DNA from: the human T2T-CHM13v2.0 reference genome, Homo sapiens
Length of the DNA: 64,000 nucleotides
NCBI RefSeq assembly: GCF_009914755.1
Contig: NC_060933.1
Reading direction: 5' to 3' (one strand)
A program made the translations under genes and the position numbers. The notes under the pieces were generated by a model, which was not told the origin of the DNA, did not search any database, and saw only the letters and a program-made list of their open reading frames with translations. Positions 33,817 through 57,700 of the stretch are shown here, in pieces. Within the stretch, counting starts at the first letter, position 1. Every line of letters begins with the position of its first letter.

Positions 33817-36413
33817 AAATGTTGGTTATGACTACAGTATGTCTTTTATGGGTCCTAGCTGAACCAAAGATACCTGAGGGAACACAGCAATTTACCTCTC
33901 CATTCTCTCTCTACAAGTTATTTAGAAATAAACCATTCCTCAGAGGACACAGAACACAAATATTTCTTCTAGTAAATATAAAATGGTACAGTGAAAATGG
34001 AAAAGCATTTGATAGTTTTTTTAAAAAAAACTAAATATGAAAATACTTTATAACCCAAAACTTTCACTACTAGATCTTTACCAAATATTCACACAAAATT
34101 ATTTATATGAATGTCCATAACAATGTTGGATTTTTTGTTAACACTTGGGCATTATGGAATGTCCATCATTATGTCTATAACATAACTATGAATGCTTCTT
34201 TATAGTAATGAAACACTGGAAACACCCCAATGCCCTTCATATATGAAGATTTAACAAAGTCTGGTATATCCATATCATAGAACACTACTCATCTATTAAA
34301 ATGAGCCAATTATTAATACACAAAACAACCTGGACAAATTTCAAGAAAACTAGGCTAAGTATAAATCATCGGTCACAAAAAGTAACATTTTGTGATTCCT
34401 TTTTATAAAATGTTCTTGAACAAAATTATAGAAAATAGGAATAATTTTTCAAGGTGAAGGCCAGGGAGTGGGGCACGAGTGGGTAGTAGGTGTGACTATA
34501 AGGATTGCTTGAGGTGCTGAAATAGATTTATATCATGCTTCTATCATGGCCAATATTCTGGTTTTGACATGGTACCATTGTTTGAAAAGATATAGTCATT
34601 GAGGACAACTGGGTAAAATGCATTCAGAATCTCTGTAAATTATTCCTTACAGGACATATATGACCCTACAATAATCACAAAATTAAAACTCTGGAAACAA
34701 CAAGAAAACAAACAAGCTAGTTCAAAAATGGGAAAATAACTTGAATATATATCTTGCATAAGAAGATACACAAATGACTTACAAGCACCTGAAAAGATGC
34801 TCAATATTATTAATCATTAAGGAAATGCACACAAAAACCACAATTAGGTATCATTTCACATTCATTAGGATGGTCACTATAAAAAGAACACAAAAACATA
34901 ATAGAAAACAACAAGTGTTTGCACATACATGTAGAAATTGGAAATCTTGTGCACTGTTGTTGGGAATGTAAAATGGTACAGCCATTGTGAAAACAGTATG
35001 GTAGTTCTTCAAAATAGAAAATGGAATTATGATATAAGCAGTAATTCCATTTTCAGCTATATATCCCAAAGTATTGAAAGCAGGGCCTCAACTAGATGTT
35101 TATAGACTCACGTTCAGAGCAGCATTATTCATATTACCTAAAAGGTGAAAGAAATACATGTATCCATTAATGCGTGAATGCATACACACAATTTGACATA
35201 TACATACAATGAAATGCTTTTGGTCTTGGAAAGAAATTCAGATACATGCTACAACATGGATGAACCATGAGGTTTTTATGCATACTTAAATATGCTAGTC
35301 ACAGAAGAATGAATATTATATTATTTCACATATATAAGATACGTAGAATACTAATATTTACAGAGACAGAGCATGGAATGGTGTTTTCCAAAACAAGGAG
35401 GGAAAAGTGAATAGGGATTCATTGTTCAATGGGTATATAGTTTCAGTTTTGCTAAAAGAAAAACAATATGAATGTAGTTAATACCCCTGAACTGGACATT
35501 TAACAGTGGTTTAGATGGTAAATTTTATGTTACATGTTTCCAATGTATTCACAACTTAAAAACTCATCAACATAGATGAAATTGGAGGACATTATTTGAA
35601 ATGAAATAATCCAGTCACAGAAAGAAAAATACCGCTTAAACTCACTTATAAGTGAGATCTAAAAAACTCAAACTTACAGAAGGAGAAAGTAGAATACTGG
35701 TTAGCACATTATTCAGTGGAAAGAGGAATTTGGAAGATGTTGGTCAAAGAATACAAAATTTCAGATAGAAGAATGATGTTCAAGAGACTTACTGTACAAC
35801 AAGGTAACTAAAGTTAATAAAGTATTGCATATTTGAAATTTGCTAAGAGAGTAGATTTTAAGTGTTCTCACGACAAAAAAACTATGTAAGATAAACCATA
35901 TGGTAATTAGCTCAATTCAGTCATTCCACAATGTATACCTCTTTTAAAATATCATCTTACAATTTTTATTTTTCAATTTAAAAATTTAGAGAATGATGTC
36001 AGCAAGATGGTAGACTAGGAAGCTCCAACTCTTGTTCTCCTACAGAAACATAAGAAAACACCCAGAAACTCTGGAAATAACCTTATAGAAGTTCCAGAAA
36101 ATAGTCAAAGACTTACAGCAACCAAATAAATTGTCACTCAAGAAGAAACCAGTTTCAAGATGGTAGAACAATTTTGCAATAATTTCCTGCCCTTCCCACA
36201 CCACTGGTGCAGCAATAATCTTGGTCTGGAAGTGATGGCAGCCCAGTTGTTAGTTTCCTCTCCCAAAGCGAAGGGAGCAGAGTAAACCTCATTTTCAAAT
36301 TCTTGTGTAGAGTTGAAGGCTATCTGAATGACAGGACTGTGTTTCCCCTAGCTTGGATTTTAGGCAGAAAAATCAGTGAGCACTGGTCATAAAACATGTG
36401 GGGAGAGCACAGG

Positions 36414-36464
<51 letters not shown>
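36414..36464. repeat. (CA)~25 microsatellite
   Basis: Perfect run. Confidence 0.95.
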
Positions 36465-36466
<2 letters not shown>

Positions 36467-36871
36467 CTGTCTGGGCAAGAATTACAGATGGATACATGCA
36501 ATAGGCCATTTAAAGACCAAGGAGAAGAGGTACAAAACTCTGTGGGTAATTAAGGCATTCAAATGCAGCTGTGTAAACTGGGGAATGGAGAAAATAACAC
36601 AAATGCCCAGGCATCACACATGCTCAGACAAGATCTCAGAAGGCTTTAAATTTTCACTTGGCCTGGTCACTAGGGTATGTATAAGTAAGCTCCATATCAA
36701 ATCAATCTACAAAGACTAGGATAGGTGGCTGTTTATTCAAATGTCCCATTTTTAATAAAAAATCAAAAGTTATACAAAGACACTGGAAATATGACACATC
36801 CAAATGTACAAAGGAATTGGACGAATACCACCCCTGAAGAAGCTTAGTCATCAGATTCACTACTAAAAGTC

Positions 36872-40657
<3,786 letters not shown>

Positions 40658-43496
40658 ATTCTATGAAGTCATCATTAATGTCACACCAACCTCAGACAAA
40701 AACTGTTAAGAAAAACAAACTACAGATCAATATCTGTTATTAATACTGACATAAAAACTAATATTCAAACAAGAGCACATTGAATTTAGTAGCATTTTAA
40801 GGCTATTATATATCAGGTTATGTAGAATTTATTCCTGAAAGCATGAAGGTTCAACATGAAAAAAAAATCAATATAAGATACCACATGTGTAAAATTAAGG
40901 GAAATAACTACCTGATTGACTTCATTTACAAAAAAATGGCAAAACCAACAGCCTTTCATAAAAAAATTCAATAATGTACAAACCAAATAAAATTTCTTCA
41001 ACATGACAAAAGCATGAAAAACACACAGCCAACATCAAACTCAATAGTAAAATACTGAAATCTTTTCCTGTACATTAAAGGAGACCGGAATATTCATTTT
41101 TCCCTTCTATTCAATAGTTTTGGAAGTCTTAGACAGAGTAATAAGTTTGAAGAAATTATAAAAATGATAAATATTAAAAAAGGAAAAGTAAAATATTTTG
41201 GTTGCAGAAGACATGATCTTACATGCAGAAAATCTTAAATATTCAATGCAAAAAAAGTTAGTGTAATAAATGAACTCAGCAAAGATGCATAATACAAAAA
41301 TCAACATGAAAAAATTAGTTACAGGTCATAGGCTGCTGGTCAGCCCCTCCAATCTCAAACTACAGGTCTGCTCCAGAACATGGCCAGCCCTACAGCTCCG
41401 GCTGGAAGGCCAGTCCACAAAGATTTGGAATCCAGTTATGTCTAGACTCTAGAACAGCCCCAGTGCTGCTAAGGCCCCAGGTGTTAGGCTTGCCCCAGGC
41501 TGCAGACCAGCAACTACAGATTTCAGATCTAGGCCAGCACCCATCATCCAAGGCACCAGTCTTTGCTCAGTTCCAGGCCCATTCCAGGTTCCAGACTGGT
41601 CTCCACAGACACAAGCTCCAGAGAAACCAAGATCCAAGTCAACCTCAGTGGATTCTAGTGCTGGGTCAACCATCACAGACTCAGCTACAGAACCAACCCT
41701 GCAGACACAATCTCCAGGCAGATACCCATGTTCTCATTATTCAGGCTTGTCCACAGACTCAAGTTCTAGGCCTGCCCATTCACTGACTCAAGCATCAAGT
41801 CAGCCCACATGCAGACTCCTGCTACAAGTATGCCCATGGACCTCCTCAGATGGCCTGCCCAGAAACTCTGGATGGGCTGATTGATGAAGGGTTTTTCCTG
41901 CCAAATCCAATCTGTAAAGATGGGAGGAGGTGCTTACTTCTTCACATGTACACGCACCAACTAAAGGTCAGAAGGATCATGACTGATTAGGAAAATATGA
42001 TACTACCAAAGGAACAAAATAAACCACCAGTAACCTACCCTATAGAAAGGGCTACCTATGAACTGCCTGAAAAAGTTTTCAAAACAGTCATCTTAAAGAA
42101 GCTCAATGAGATAAAAGAGAATACAGATAGATGACTGATCAAAATCAGGAAAACAATACATTAACTAAATGAGAAATTCCACAAAGATATAGGAACCATA
42201 GAAAGGTGCCAAACAGAATGCTGCTGCTGAAGAACACAAGACTAATGTGAAAAACTTCATAGAGAACTTTAACAGCAGACTTGATAAAGTAGAAGAAATA
42301 ATGAGTGAGCTCAAAGATAGGTCATTTGAAATTACACAATAAGAGCAAAAAGAAAAAAGAAAGGAAAAAGGTGATGAAAATCTATGAGACATATGGAACA
42401 CCATCAAATAAAAAAACAAAATATAAATTATGAGAGTCCTAGAAGGAGCAGAGAAAGAGAAAGGAGCACAAAACCTACTTAGAGATTTGAGGACAGAAAA
42501 CTTCCCTAATCTGGAAAGAGCCATTAACATTCAGATCCACTTAGTCCAGAGAACCCAAGATAGATCAAATATAAATAGATGTCCACTGAGATACACAAAA
42601 AAGAAAATTCTCAAAAGTCAAGAAGAAAGAGAGGATTTTCAAAGTGGCAAGAGAAAAACAATTGATCATATACAAGGTAACCCCCATTAGTTTAGCAGAT
42701 TTCTTGGCAGAAAGCTTGCAGGCCAAGAGAGAGTGGGATGATATATTCAAAGTGGTGAAAGAAAGAACAGTCAACCAAGGATACTATATCAGGCAAGCCA
42801 GTCCTTGAGAAACAAAGGCAAGATAAAGATTGTGCCAGACAAACAATGCTGTGAGAATTCATCACCACTAGATATGCTTTACAAAAAATGCTAAAGGGAT
42901 TTCTACAACTTGTAGCAAAAGTACTCTAACTATGGACATGAAAACATATTGTAAAGGAAAGAATGTAGTCAAATTCAAAATACTCTAATACTATAATAGT
43001 ATTGCATAAGTTTTTAGACTCTAATATAAAAGTTAAAAGTCAAGACTGTTAAAAATTTCAGTAGTTACAATAATAGTTAATGCATACAAGATATATAAAA
43101 GATGTAAATTGTGGCATTAATAGCATAAAATAGGTAGCAGGGGAAGAGAAAGTAAAGAGTAGAATTTTTGCATGCAGTTGAAGTTAAGTTGTATTCAGCT
43201 TAAAATAGATTACTGCAACTATAAGATAGTGTATACAAGCTATAAGCCTCATGGTGAAAAAAAAAACGTGTAGTAGGAACACAAGAGACAAAGAGAAAGG
43301 AATAAAAGCATACAACTACAAAAATTTCATCAAATCACACAGGAAGACAGCAGGAGAAGAACTGAAAAACAGAACGGCAAAACTTTCAGAAAGCAATGAA
43401 CAAATTGGTAATAGTAAGTTCTTACCTATCAATAATTACTTTTAATGTAAACACATTAAATTCTTCAATAAAAAGTTACAGAGTGGCCGAATGAAA

Positions 43497-44507
43497 TTTT
43501 TAAAGTTATACTTTAAGTTCTGTGATACATGTGAAGAACGTGTAGGTTTGTTACATAGGTATACACGTGCCATGGTGGTTTGCTGCACCCATCAACCCGT
43601 CATCTACATTAGGTGTTTCTCCTAATGCTATCCCTCCCCTAGCCCCCGAACCCCCGACAGCCCCTGGTGTGTGATGTTCCCCTCCTCGTGTCCAGGTATT
43701 CTCATTGTTCAGCTACCACTTATGAGTGAGAACATGCGGTGTTTGGTTTTCTTTTCCTGTGTTAGTTTGCTGAGAATGATGGTTTCCAGCTTCATCCATG
43801 TCCCTGCAAAGGACATGAACTCATCCTTTTTTATGGCTGCATAGTATTCCATGGTGTCTATGTGCCACAGTTTCTTAATCCAGTCTATCATTGATGGGCA
43901 TTTGGACTGGTTCCAAGTCTTTGCTATTGTGAAGAGTACTGCAATAAACATACATGTGCATGTGTCTTTATAGTAGCATGATTTATAATCCTTTGGGTAT
44001 ATACCCCGTAATGGGATTGCTGGGTCAAATGGTATTTCTGGTTCTAGATCCTTGAGGAATAGCCACACTGTCTTCCACAATGGTTGAACTTATTTACACT
44101 CCCACCAACAGTGTAAAAGCATTCCTATTTCTCCACATCCTCTCCAGCATCTGTTGTTTCCTGTCTTTTTAATGACCGCCATTCTAACTGGCGTGAGATG
44201 GTATCTCATTGCAGTTTTGATTTGCATTTCTCTAACGACCAGTGATGATGAGGTTTTTTTCATATGTTTGTTGGCCGCATAAATGTCTTCTTTTGAAAAC
44301 TATCTGTTCATATGCTTCACCCACTTTTTGATGAGGTTGTTTGCTTTTTTCTTGTAAATTTGTTTAAGTTCTTTGTAGATTCTGGATATTAGACCTTTGT
44401 CAGATGGATAGATTGCAAAAGTTTTCTCCCATTCTGTAGGTTGCCTGTTCACTCTGATGATAGTTTCGTTTGCTCTGTAGAAGCTCTTTAGTTTAATTAG
44501 ATCCCAT
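43497..44507 (-). mobile_element. 5'-truncated L1PA
   Basis: Antisense 3'UTR and ORF2 C-terminus (43709..44080). Confidence 0.9.
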
Positions 44508-44699
44508 AAAAATTAGGACCCAACTCTACGCTGCCTACAAGAGACTCCCTTTATCTTTAGTGACACACATTGGCTGAAAATGAAGAGATAGTAAATGATA
44601 TTTCATGGAAATGGTAACCAAAAAAGAACAGGGGTGGCTACACTTACATCAGACAAAACGTACCCTAAGTCAACAACGGTCATAATTTAAAAATCATGA

Positions 44700-47600
44700 G
44701 ATGTGAGGACAGAAGATGGCATATAGGAGGCAGGACTAGCTTGCTCCTCCTACTTGGATTGACAGAATAGTGTGTGGAGACTCACATTATAAACTTTTGA
44801 TTTAAAAACTACTGCAGGAACACACCAGAAAGCCAAGAGAATCCACAGATGCTTTGAAGGAACTGGATCACACCTGCAGGATCACACCAAAAAACTGTGA
44901 GTCTGCTTGCTTTCTCAGTGGGGAGGCTGGTGGTCTGGGTCAAGTTCTCAGCCCTGGTCACCGGCTGCCTGGAAACAGACTAGGTGCTGTTGTGCAGGTG
45001 GGGTGGGGGGTGGCACAGTGGGAGTGAGACTGGCCTTTAGGACTGTGGGTTGCATGGGAGCAAGGTGAGACCTGTGACTGCCAGCTTTCTCCCATCTTCC
45101 TAGTGATACATATGGCTCAGCAGAGGCAGCCATAATTCCAATTCCCCTGGGAATAGAACTCCATTGCACTGGAAACCATAACTCCATCTCCTACAGCAGC
45201 CGCAGCATGCCCCACCCAATGAGAGACTGAGCTCAGACACATCCATCCTTGCTCCCACCTGGTGGTCTTTCTTTATCCACCCTGGTAGCCAAAGACAAAG
45301 GTCATAATCTCTTGGGAGCTCTATGGCCCTGCCCACTACCTGAGAAACCTAAATACTTAACTAGGTGTCCCTAGGGCAAGTTTGCATCCTCCCTGTAGGA
45401 TTGCAGCTGATGTGCTCTTGAAAGCACCACCTCTCGGCTGGAGGCAACCAACACAAACCAGCCCACTAAACAAAAACACAACCAACGACCAACACAGATT
45501 CCACTTCACTCCCCTGCTACCTCTACCAGAGTAGGTGATGGTATCCACAGCTGCAAAGACCTGAAAATGGATCACATCACAGGACTCTTTGCAGACATTC
45601 CCCAGTACCAGCCCAGGCCCAGTAGCTCCACTGGGTGGCTATAGACCCAGAAGAACAAAAACAATCACCACAGTTCAGCTCTCAAGAAACCCCATTCCTA
45701 GGGGAAGGGGGAGAACACCACATCAAGGGAGAAGCCTGTGGGATAAAAGAATCTGAACAGCAGCCTTCGAATCTCAGATCTTCCCTCTGACATAATCTGT
45801 CCAAATGAGAGGAACCAGATAAACATTTCTGGTAACATGGCAAAACGAGGTTCTTTAAAACCCCCAAAGGATTATCCCAGCTAACCAACCCAAGACAAAA
45901 TCTCTGACTTGCCAGAAAAAGAATTCAGAAGGTCGATTATTAAGCTAATCAAGGAGCCACCAGAGAAAGGTGAAGCCCACCTTAAAGAAATCAAAAACAT
46001 AATACAGGATATGAAAGGAAATTTCTTCACTGAAATAGAGGGCATAAATAATAAATAATCACAACTTCTGGAAATCAAAGACACACTTAAAGAAATGCAA
46101 AATGCACTGGAAAGTCTCAGCAATAGAACCAAATGAACAGAAGAAAGAACCTCAGAGCCTGAAGACAAGGCCTTTGAATGATCCCAATCTGTCAAAGACA
46201 AAGAAAACAATTTAAAAAATGAATAAAGTCTCCAAGAAGTCTGGGATTATGTTAAACACCCAAACCTAAGAATAATTGGTGTTCCTGAGGAAGAAGAGAA
46301 ATCTAAAAGTTTGGGAAACATATTTGAGGGAATAATCAAGGAAAACTTTCCTGGCCTTGCTAGAGATCTAGACATCCAAATACAAGAAGCTCGAAGAATA
46401 CCTGAAAAATTCTTCCCCAAAAGATCATTGCCTAGGCACATAGTCATCAGGTTATCTAAAGTCCAGATGAAGGAAAGAATCTTAAGAGCTGTGAGGAAAA
46501 GCATCAGGTAACCTGTAAAGGAAAACTTATCAGATTAACAGCAGGTTTCTCAGCAGAAACCGTACAAGTTAATGGGATTGGGGTCCTAAACTTTAGCCTC
46601 CTTAAAACAATTATCAGTCAAGAATTTTGTACCCAGCATAACTAAGCTTCATACATGAAGGAAAGATACAGTCTTTTCCAGACAAGCATATGCTGACATA
46701 ATTGACCACTATCAAGCCAGCACTACAAGAATTGCTAAAAGGAGATCTAAATCTTGAAACAAATCCTTGAAATACACCAAAATGAACATCTTTAAAGCAA
46801 AAGACCTCTACAAGGAAAACTACAACACACTGCTGAAAGAAATCATAGATGACACAACAAATGGAAACACATCCCATGCTCATGGGTGGGTAGAATCAGT
46901 ATTGTGAAAATGACCATACTGCCAAAAGCAATCTACAAATTTAATGCAATCCCAATCAAAATACCACCATCATTCTTCACAGAACTAGAAAATACAAATC
47001 TAAAATTCATATAGAACCAAAAAAGAGCCTGCATAGCCAAAGCAAAACTAAGCAAAAAGAACAAATCTGGAGGCATCACATTACCTGACTTTAAAGTATA
47101 CTATAAGGCCATAGTCACAAAAACAGGATGGTACTGGTATAAAAATAGGCACATAGACCAATGGAACTGGATAGAGAACCCAGAAATAAAGCCAAATACT
47201 TACAGGCAACTGATCTTCAACAAAGCAAACAAAAACATAAAGAGGGGAAAAGACACCTTATTCAATCAATGGTGCTGGGATAATTGACAAGCCACATGTA
47301 GATGAATGAAACTGGATTCTCATCTCTCACCTTATACAAAAATCAACTCAAGATGGATCAAAGACTGAAATCTATGACCTGAAACCATAAAGATTCTAGA
47401 AGATAACATTGGAAAAACTCTTCTATTCATTGGCTTAGGCAAAGATTTCGTAACCAAGAACCTGAAAGCTAATGCAACAAAGACAATAATAAATAAATAG
47501 GACTTAATTAAACTAAAAAGCTTCTGCACAGCAAAAGAAATATTCAGTACAATTAACAGACAACTCACAGAGTGGGAGAAAATCTTCACAATCTATACAA

Positions 47601-48119
47601 AGGACTAATATCCAGAATCTACAAGGAACTCAAACAAATCAACAAGAAAAAACAAAAAACAAAAAACAATCCCATCAAAAGTGGGCTAAGGGTATGAATA
47701 GACAGTTCTCAAAAGAAGATATCCAAATGGCCAACAAGCATATGGAAAAATGCTCAACATCACTATCAGGGAAATGCATATCGAGACCACAATGCAAACC
47801 ATCTCACTTCTGCAAGAATGGCCATAATAAAAAACATCAAAAAATAATAGAGTTGGCATGGACGCAGTGAAAAGGTAATACTTTTACACTGTTGGAGGGA
47901 ATGTAAACTAGTACAGCGACTATGGAAAACAGCGTGGAGATTCCTTAAAGAACTTAAAGTAGATCTACCCCTTGATCCAGCAATCCCTCTACTAAATATC
48001 TACCCAGAGGAAAAGAAGTCATTACATGAAAAAATACTTGCACGCACATGTTTATAGTGCATAGGTATAGTGCATAGGTAAAAATATGGAACCAGCCCTA
48101 ATGCCCCAAAGAAAATGTG

Positions 48120-48161
<42 letters not shown>

Positions 48162-48522
48162 TATAGAATACTATTCAGCCATAAAAAGAATAAAATAATG
48201 GCATTCACAGCAACCTGAATAGAAATGGAGACTATTATTCTAAGTGAAGTAACTCAGGAATGGAAAACCAAGCCATAGTTCTCACTTATATGTGGGAGCT
48301 AAGCTATGAGGACGCAAAGGCATAAGAATGACATATTGGGCTTTGGAGACAGGGAAAAAAGTGGGGGTGGCAAGATATAAGACTACACGTTGGGTACAGT
48401 GTATGCTGCTCGGGTGATGGGTGCACCAAAATTTCAGAAATCACCACTAAAGAACTTATTCATGTAACCAAACACCACCTGTTCCCCAAAACCCTATTGA
48501 AATAAAAAATTTAAAAATTAAA
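44700..48522 (+). mobile_element. L1PB-like element with large internal ORF2 deletion
   Basis: 5'UTR (AAGATGGC start), ORF1, abrupt join to late ORF2 near 46798, 3'UTR and A-rich tail; degenerate TSD (TAAAAATCAT/AAAAAGTCAT). Confidence 0.85.
48122..48157. repeat. (CA)n microsatellite inside L1PB
   Basis: Direct observation. Confidence 0.9.
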
Positions 48523-49560
48523 AAGTCATTATATAATGATTAAAGGGTCATTTCATCAAGAGGACATAACAATTGTAAAAATAAATGCACTCAACATCAG
48601 AGCAACTAAATATATAAAATAAATACTAACAGACCTTAAGAGAGAAATAGACAGCAATACAATAACAATAAGTGACTTTAATAGTCCATTTTAAACAATG
48701 GATAGATTACCCAGACACAAAATCCATAAGGAAACAGTACACTTGAATAATATAGACCAAATGGACCTACAGATATATACAGATCTTCCCATCCAACAAC
48801 AGAAGAATACACATTTTTTTCAACACACACAGAATTCTCCAAGACAGATTGTATGTGAGGTAAAAAACCCAAGTGTTATCTAATTCAATAAGATCAAAAT
48901 TCATACTAATTATTTTTTTCCAACCACATTGGTATGAAATTAGAAATCATAGGATGAATTTCAGAATATTCACAAATATGTAGAAATTAAACAACATGCT
49001 CCTGAAGAAAAATGGACCACAGGAGAAATTAAAAGAAAAATTTTAAAATATCCTGAAACAAATGATTATGGACATACAACCTAACAAAATTATGGAATGC
49101 AGCTAAAGCAATCTTAAGAGGGAATTTTATAGCAATAAACACCATAAGAAGAATATGGATCACAAATAAACAACCTAGTCTTTACATTTCAAGTAACCAG
49201 AACTCAATAATATGAGGAAAACTGAAAAATTCACAAATATGTGGAAATTAAACAACATCTTCCCAAACAACCATTAGGTCATGCAAGAAATCAAAAGAGA
49301 AACAGAAAGTTAACTTGTGACAATTAAAAATAGAAACACAACATACCAAAACTTATGGGATGTAGCAAACACATATCTAAAGAAAAGTTTTTGGCATAGG
49401 CCTAAGTCAAAAAAGAATGATACTAAAAAACAATGAAACTTTACTTCTGAAGAAACTAGAAAAAGAGGAACATAGAGAGTAGAAAGAAAAAGTGTGAAAG
49501 ATCATAACAGAAATAAATAAAATAAAGCTAGGACAATAGAAAAGATCAATAAAATAAATA

Positions 49561-54797
<5,237 letters not shown>

Positions 54798-57700
54798 GAT
54801 AAGATAAACTTAACTGCTTAACTAAGCAGACTCTTCATTAATCCCCTACAGCTGAACTTCTATAATACCCAATATTTTTGCCATAGGCTGTAAGTGCAGC
54901 AGCTGCATGTATACTTTTCCGCTTAGCCATTTCTATCATTTAGCATAACTTTCACAAGAGAATTTAAAGTCTGCTGTGTAACTATTGCCTTTGCAGTAGA
55001 ATCCGTTATAGAACCTATTATGAGGGATACGTCTCTAATCATTGCCTCTTTTATTCGAAACCACAGAAAAAAGACCTAACAAATGATGCCCTTCTATTAT
55101 AGAAGAGTGAAGGCCTCCTGGCAATGTTCTCTTTAACTCATGATGCGGGTTAAGAAAAGTGAATCAATGTTCTGTTTCTGACTAATTATGAGGCAACATA
55201 TATACCATTACAATTTCTCACCTATACTGGGCCTTCATATTTTACATATACATGGTTATCCATGTGTAAGGCTAGCTGAAAAATCCTTCACAAATAAAAG
55301 TATACCTTGTGAGTGTATACAACAGATCCCCTTTTCATTTCTATTGTTCATAGAGGCATAAAGAAGAAAAATATTCAAAGACATGAGTCTCCTGATAGTA
55401 GAAGTCTTGACCTGTGATCTTGGGAAAAGCTGTTCACATCAAGGATGCCATCTTCTTCTGGGGAGAGACTTCCCTGTTTAGCTTTACCTTAAGTGTTCCA
55501 ATGAGTGTATAGTTCCAAGAGTGTGGAGGAACCCTTCTCAGTTGTGAGATTATGAACCCAAAGTTCAAGTTTCCAAAGTTTTGCTGTAGTGTGGATGGCA
55601 AGGACACTCTTTCTCTGATGTTTTCAGAAGATCCAGTCTTTGGGTTGTGAAGATTGTGAAAGGGTTGATTGTCCTCAGGGAACCATAAAAAGCTTTCTTT
55701 ACAGGGTGAAAATACACTGTGTCATAATAACTTAGTATTATAATATCAGCCCTCTTGCATAGGAGAGCAATTATACATCCAGAAAGCTTGCATTGAAAAT
55801 AACAATTAAATGAAATCCCTTTATAAAATGTGTAAGCGGCCCATCAGGTGACCAAATGTACCCAAAGCTTTGATTGTTTTCCCAGGAATATGGGACCAAA
55901 CATTGGTTATAAACTATTTTAGCGATTTATAAGTCACCACACCAATATATTCAATTTGGATCACTTTATCTTTTCCATGATGCGTCATGGTGTTGTGGGA
56001 AGTCAGGGACCCTGAATGGAGAGGGACCGGCTGAAGCCATGGCAGAAGAACATAAATTGTGAAGATTTCATGGACATTTATTAGTTCCCCAAATTAATAG
56101 TTTTATAATTTCTTATGCCTGCCTTTACTGCAATCTCTGAACATAAATTGTGAAGATTTCATGGACATTTATCACTTCCCCAATCAATATTCTTGTGATT
56201 TCCTATGCCTGTCTTTACTTTAATCTCTTAATCCTGTCATCTTCGTAAGCTGAGGATGTATGTCACCTCAGGACCCTGTGATGATTGCACTAACTGCACA
56301 AATTGTTTAAACAATATGAAATCTGGGCACCTTGAAAAAAGAACAGGATAACAGCGATGTTCAGGGAACAAGGGAGATAACCATTAGGTCTGGCTGCCTG
56401 AGATCCGGGCAGAACAGAGCCATATTTCTCTTCTTTCAAAAGCAAATAGGAGAAATATCACTGAATTCTTTTTCTCAGCAAGGAACAGCCCTGAGAAAGA
56501 GAATGCTGTCCTAGGCAGAGGTCTCTGAAATGGCCGCTCTGGGAACATCTGTCTTTCACAGTTGCAGATAAGGGATGAAATAAGCACTGGTCTCCCGTAG
56601 CGCTCCCAGGCCTATTAGGAAGAAGAAATTCCCACCTAATAAATTTTGGTCAGACCAGTTGTCTGCTCTCAAACACTGTCTCCTGATAAGATGTTATCAA
56701 TGACAACGCATGCCTGAAACTTCATTAGCAATTTTAATTTCACCCTGGTCCTGTGATCTCGCCCTGCCTCCATTTGCCTTGTAATATTTTATTACCTTGT
56801 GAAGCATGTGATCTCGTGACCCACACCGTGTTCGTACACTCCCTCCCCTTTTGAAAACCACTAATAAAAACTTGCTGGTTTTGCGGCTTGGGGGGCATCA
56901 CAGACCTGCTGACATGTGATGTCTCCCCCGGCCACCCAGGTTTAAAATTTCTCTCTTTTGTACTCTTTCCCTTTATTTCTCAGACTGGCTGACACTTAGG
57001 GAAAATAGAAAAGGATCCACGTTGAATTATCAGGGGTGGGTTCCCCTGATATCATGGAATACAGAACTATTAATAACAAAAGCTTTAAGGACTCAAGAAG
57101 TACAGGGTGGCTATCCTGGTTCTCCATGAGAGCATGCTGAATTAACATTAGACTTATATCCTCTTGAATACCAGTTGTTTCTTTAAATTAGGTACATAGC
57201 ATTCATAACAGTTGGGTTATCATAGGTAATTTGACTTAGACCATGGAGTTCATTCAAATTGTATATCTAAACAATTTCAGTATCAGCTGATTTAGCACAT
57301 AAATATGGCAACGTATTTTCTAGATATTTAATTAATTTTTGTTCCTACTTGGGTTAGCAGTTTTATAACACAGTCAGTCTTTTCATTAAAATTCCAGGAA
57401 TTCTTACCCATTTCAAATGATATGATTCTGAAGTTATTAGAAACCTGTATTCAAGAGTGCTTTTTAGGGTACTTTCCATCCTTTCATAAACCTCCTAAAA
57501 GACATCATATTCTAGGATTTTGGATGTTCGTGAAGTTTTTAGAAACTGCATCAGCAGTAAGCAAATAACAGTGGAAATGACTTTAAGTAGTTATAGTTAA
57601 AAACACAAGGAAATTTGGTTATTTCTGTGGTCTACAATAACTCAATAACCATAATTATGATTGACAGCATATACTCAGACATATTGGAATTTTACAAATC

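Larger units (their letters stand above)
31133..36747 (+). repeat. Segmental duplicate, copy B (INSL4 3' flank), containing an L1MA tail, L2-like, MLT1/MST and L1M relics
   Basis: Collinear with 7005-11169; has extra blocks ~32985-33660 and ~34750-35460 that are absent from copy A. Confidence 0.9.

Noticed and set aside
56049-56171. ~32-bp direct repeat with spacer (CRISPR-like look)
   Set aside because: Only two copies; an internal feature of the MER11 LTR in a mammalian genome.
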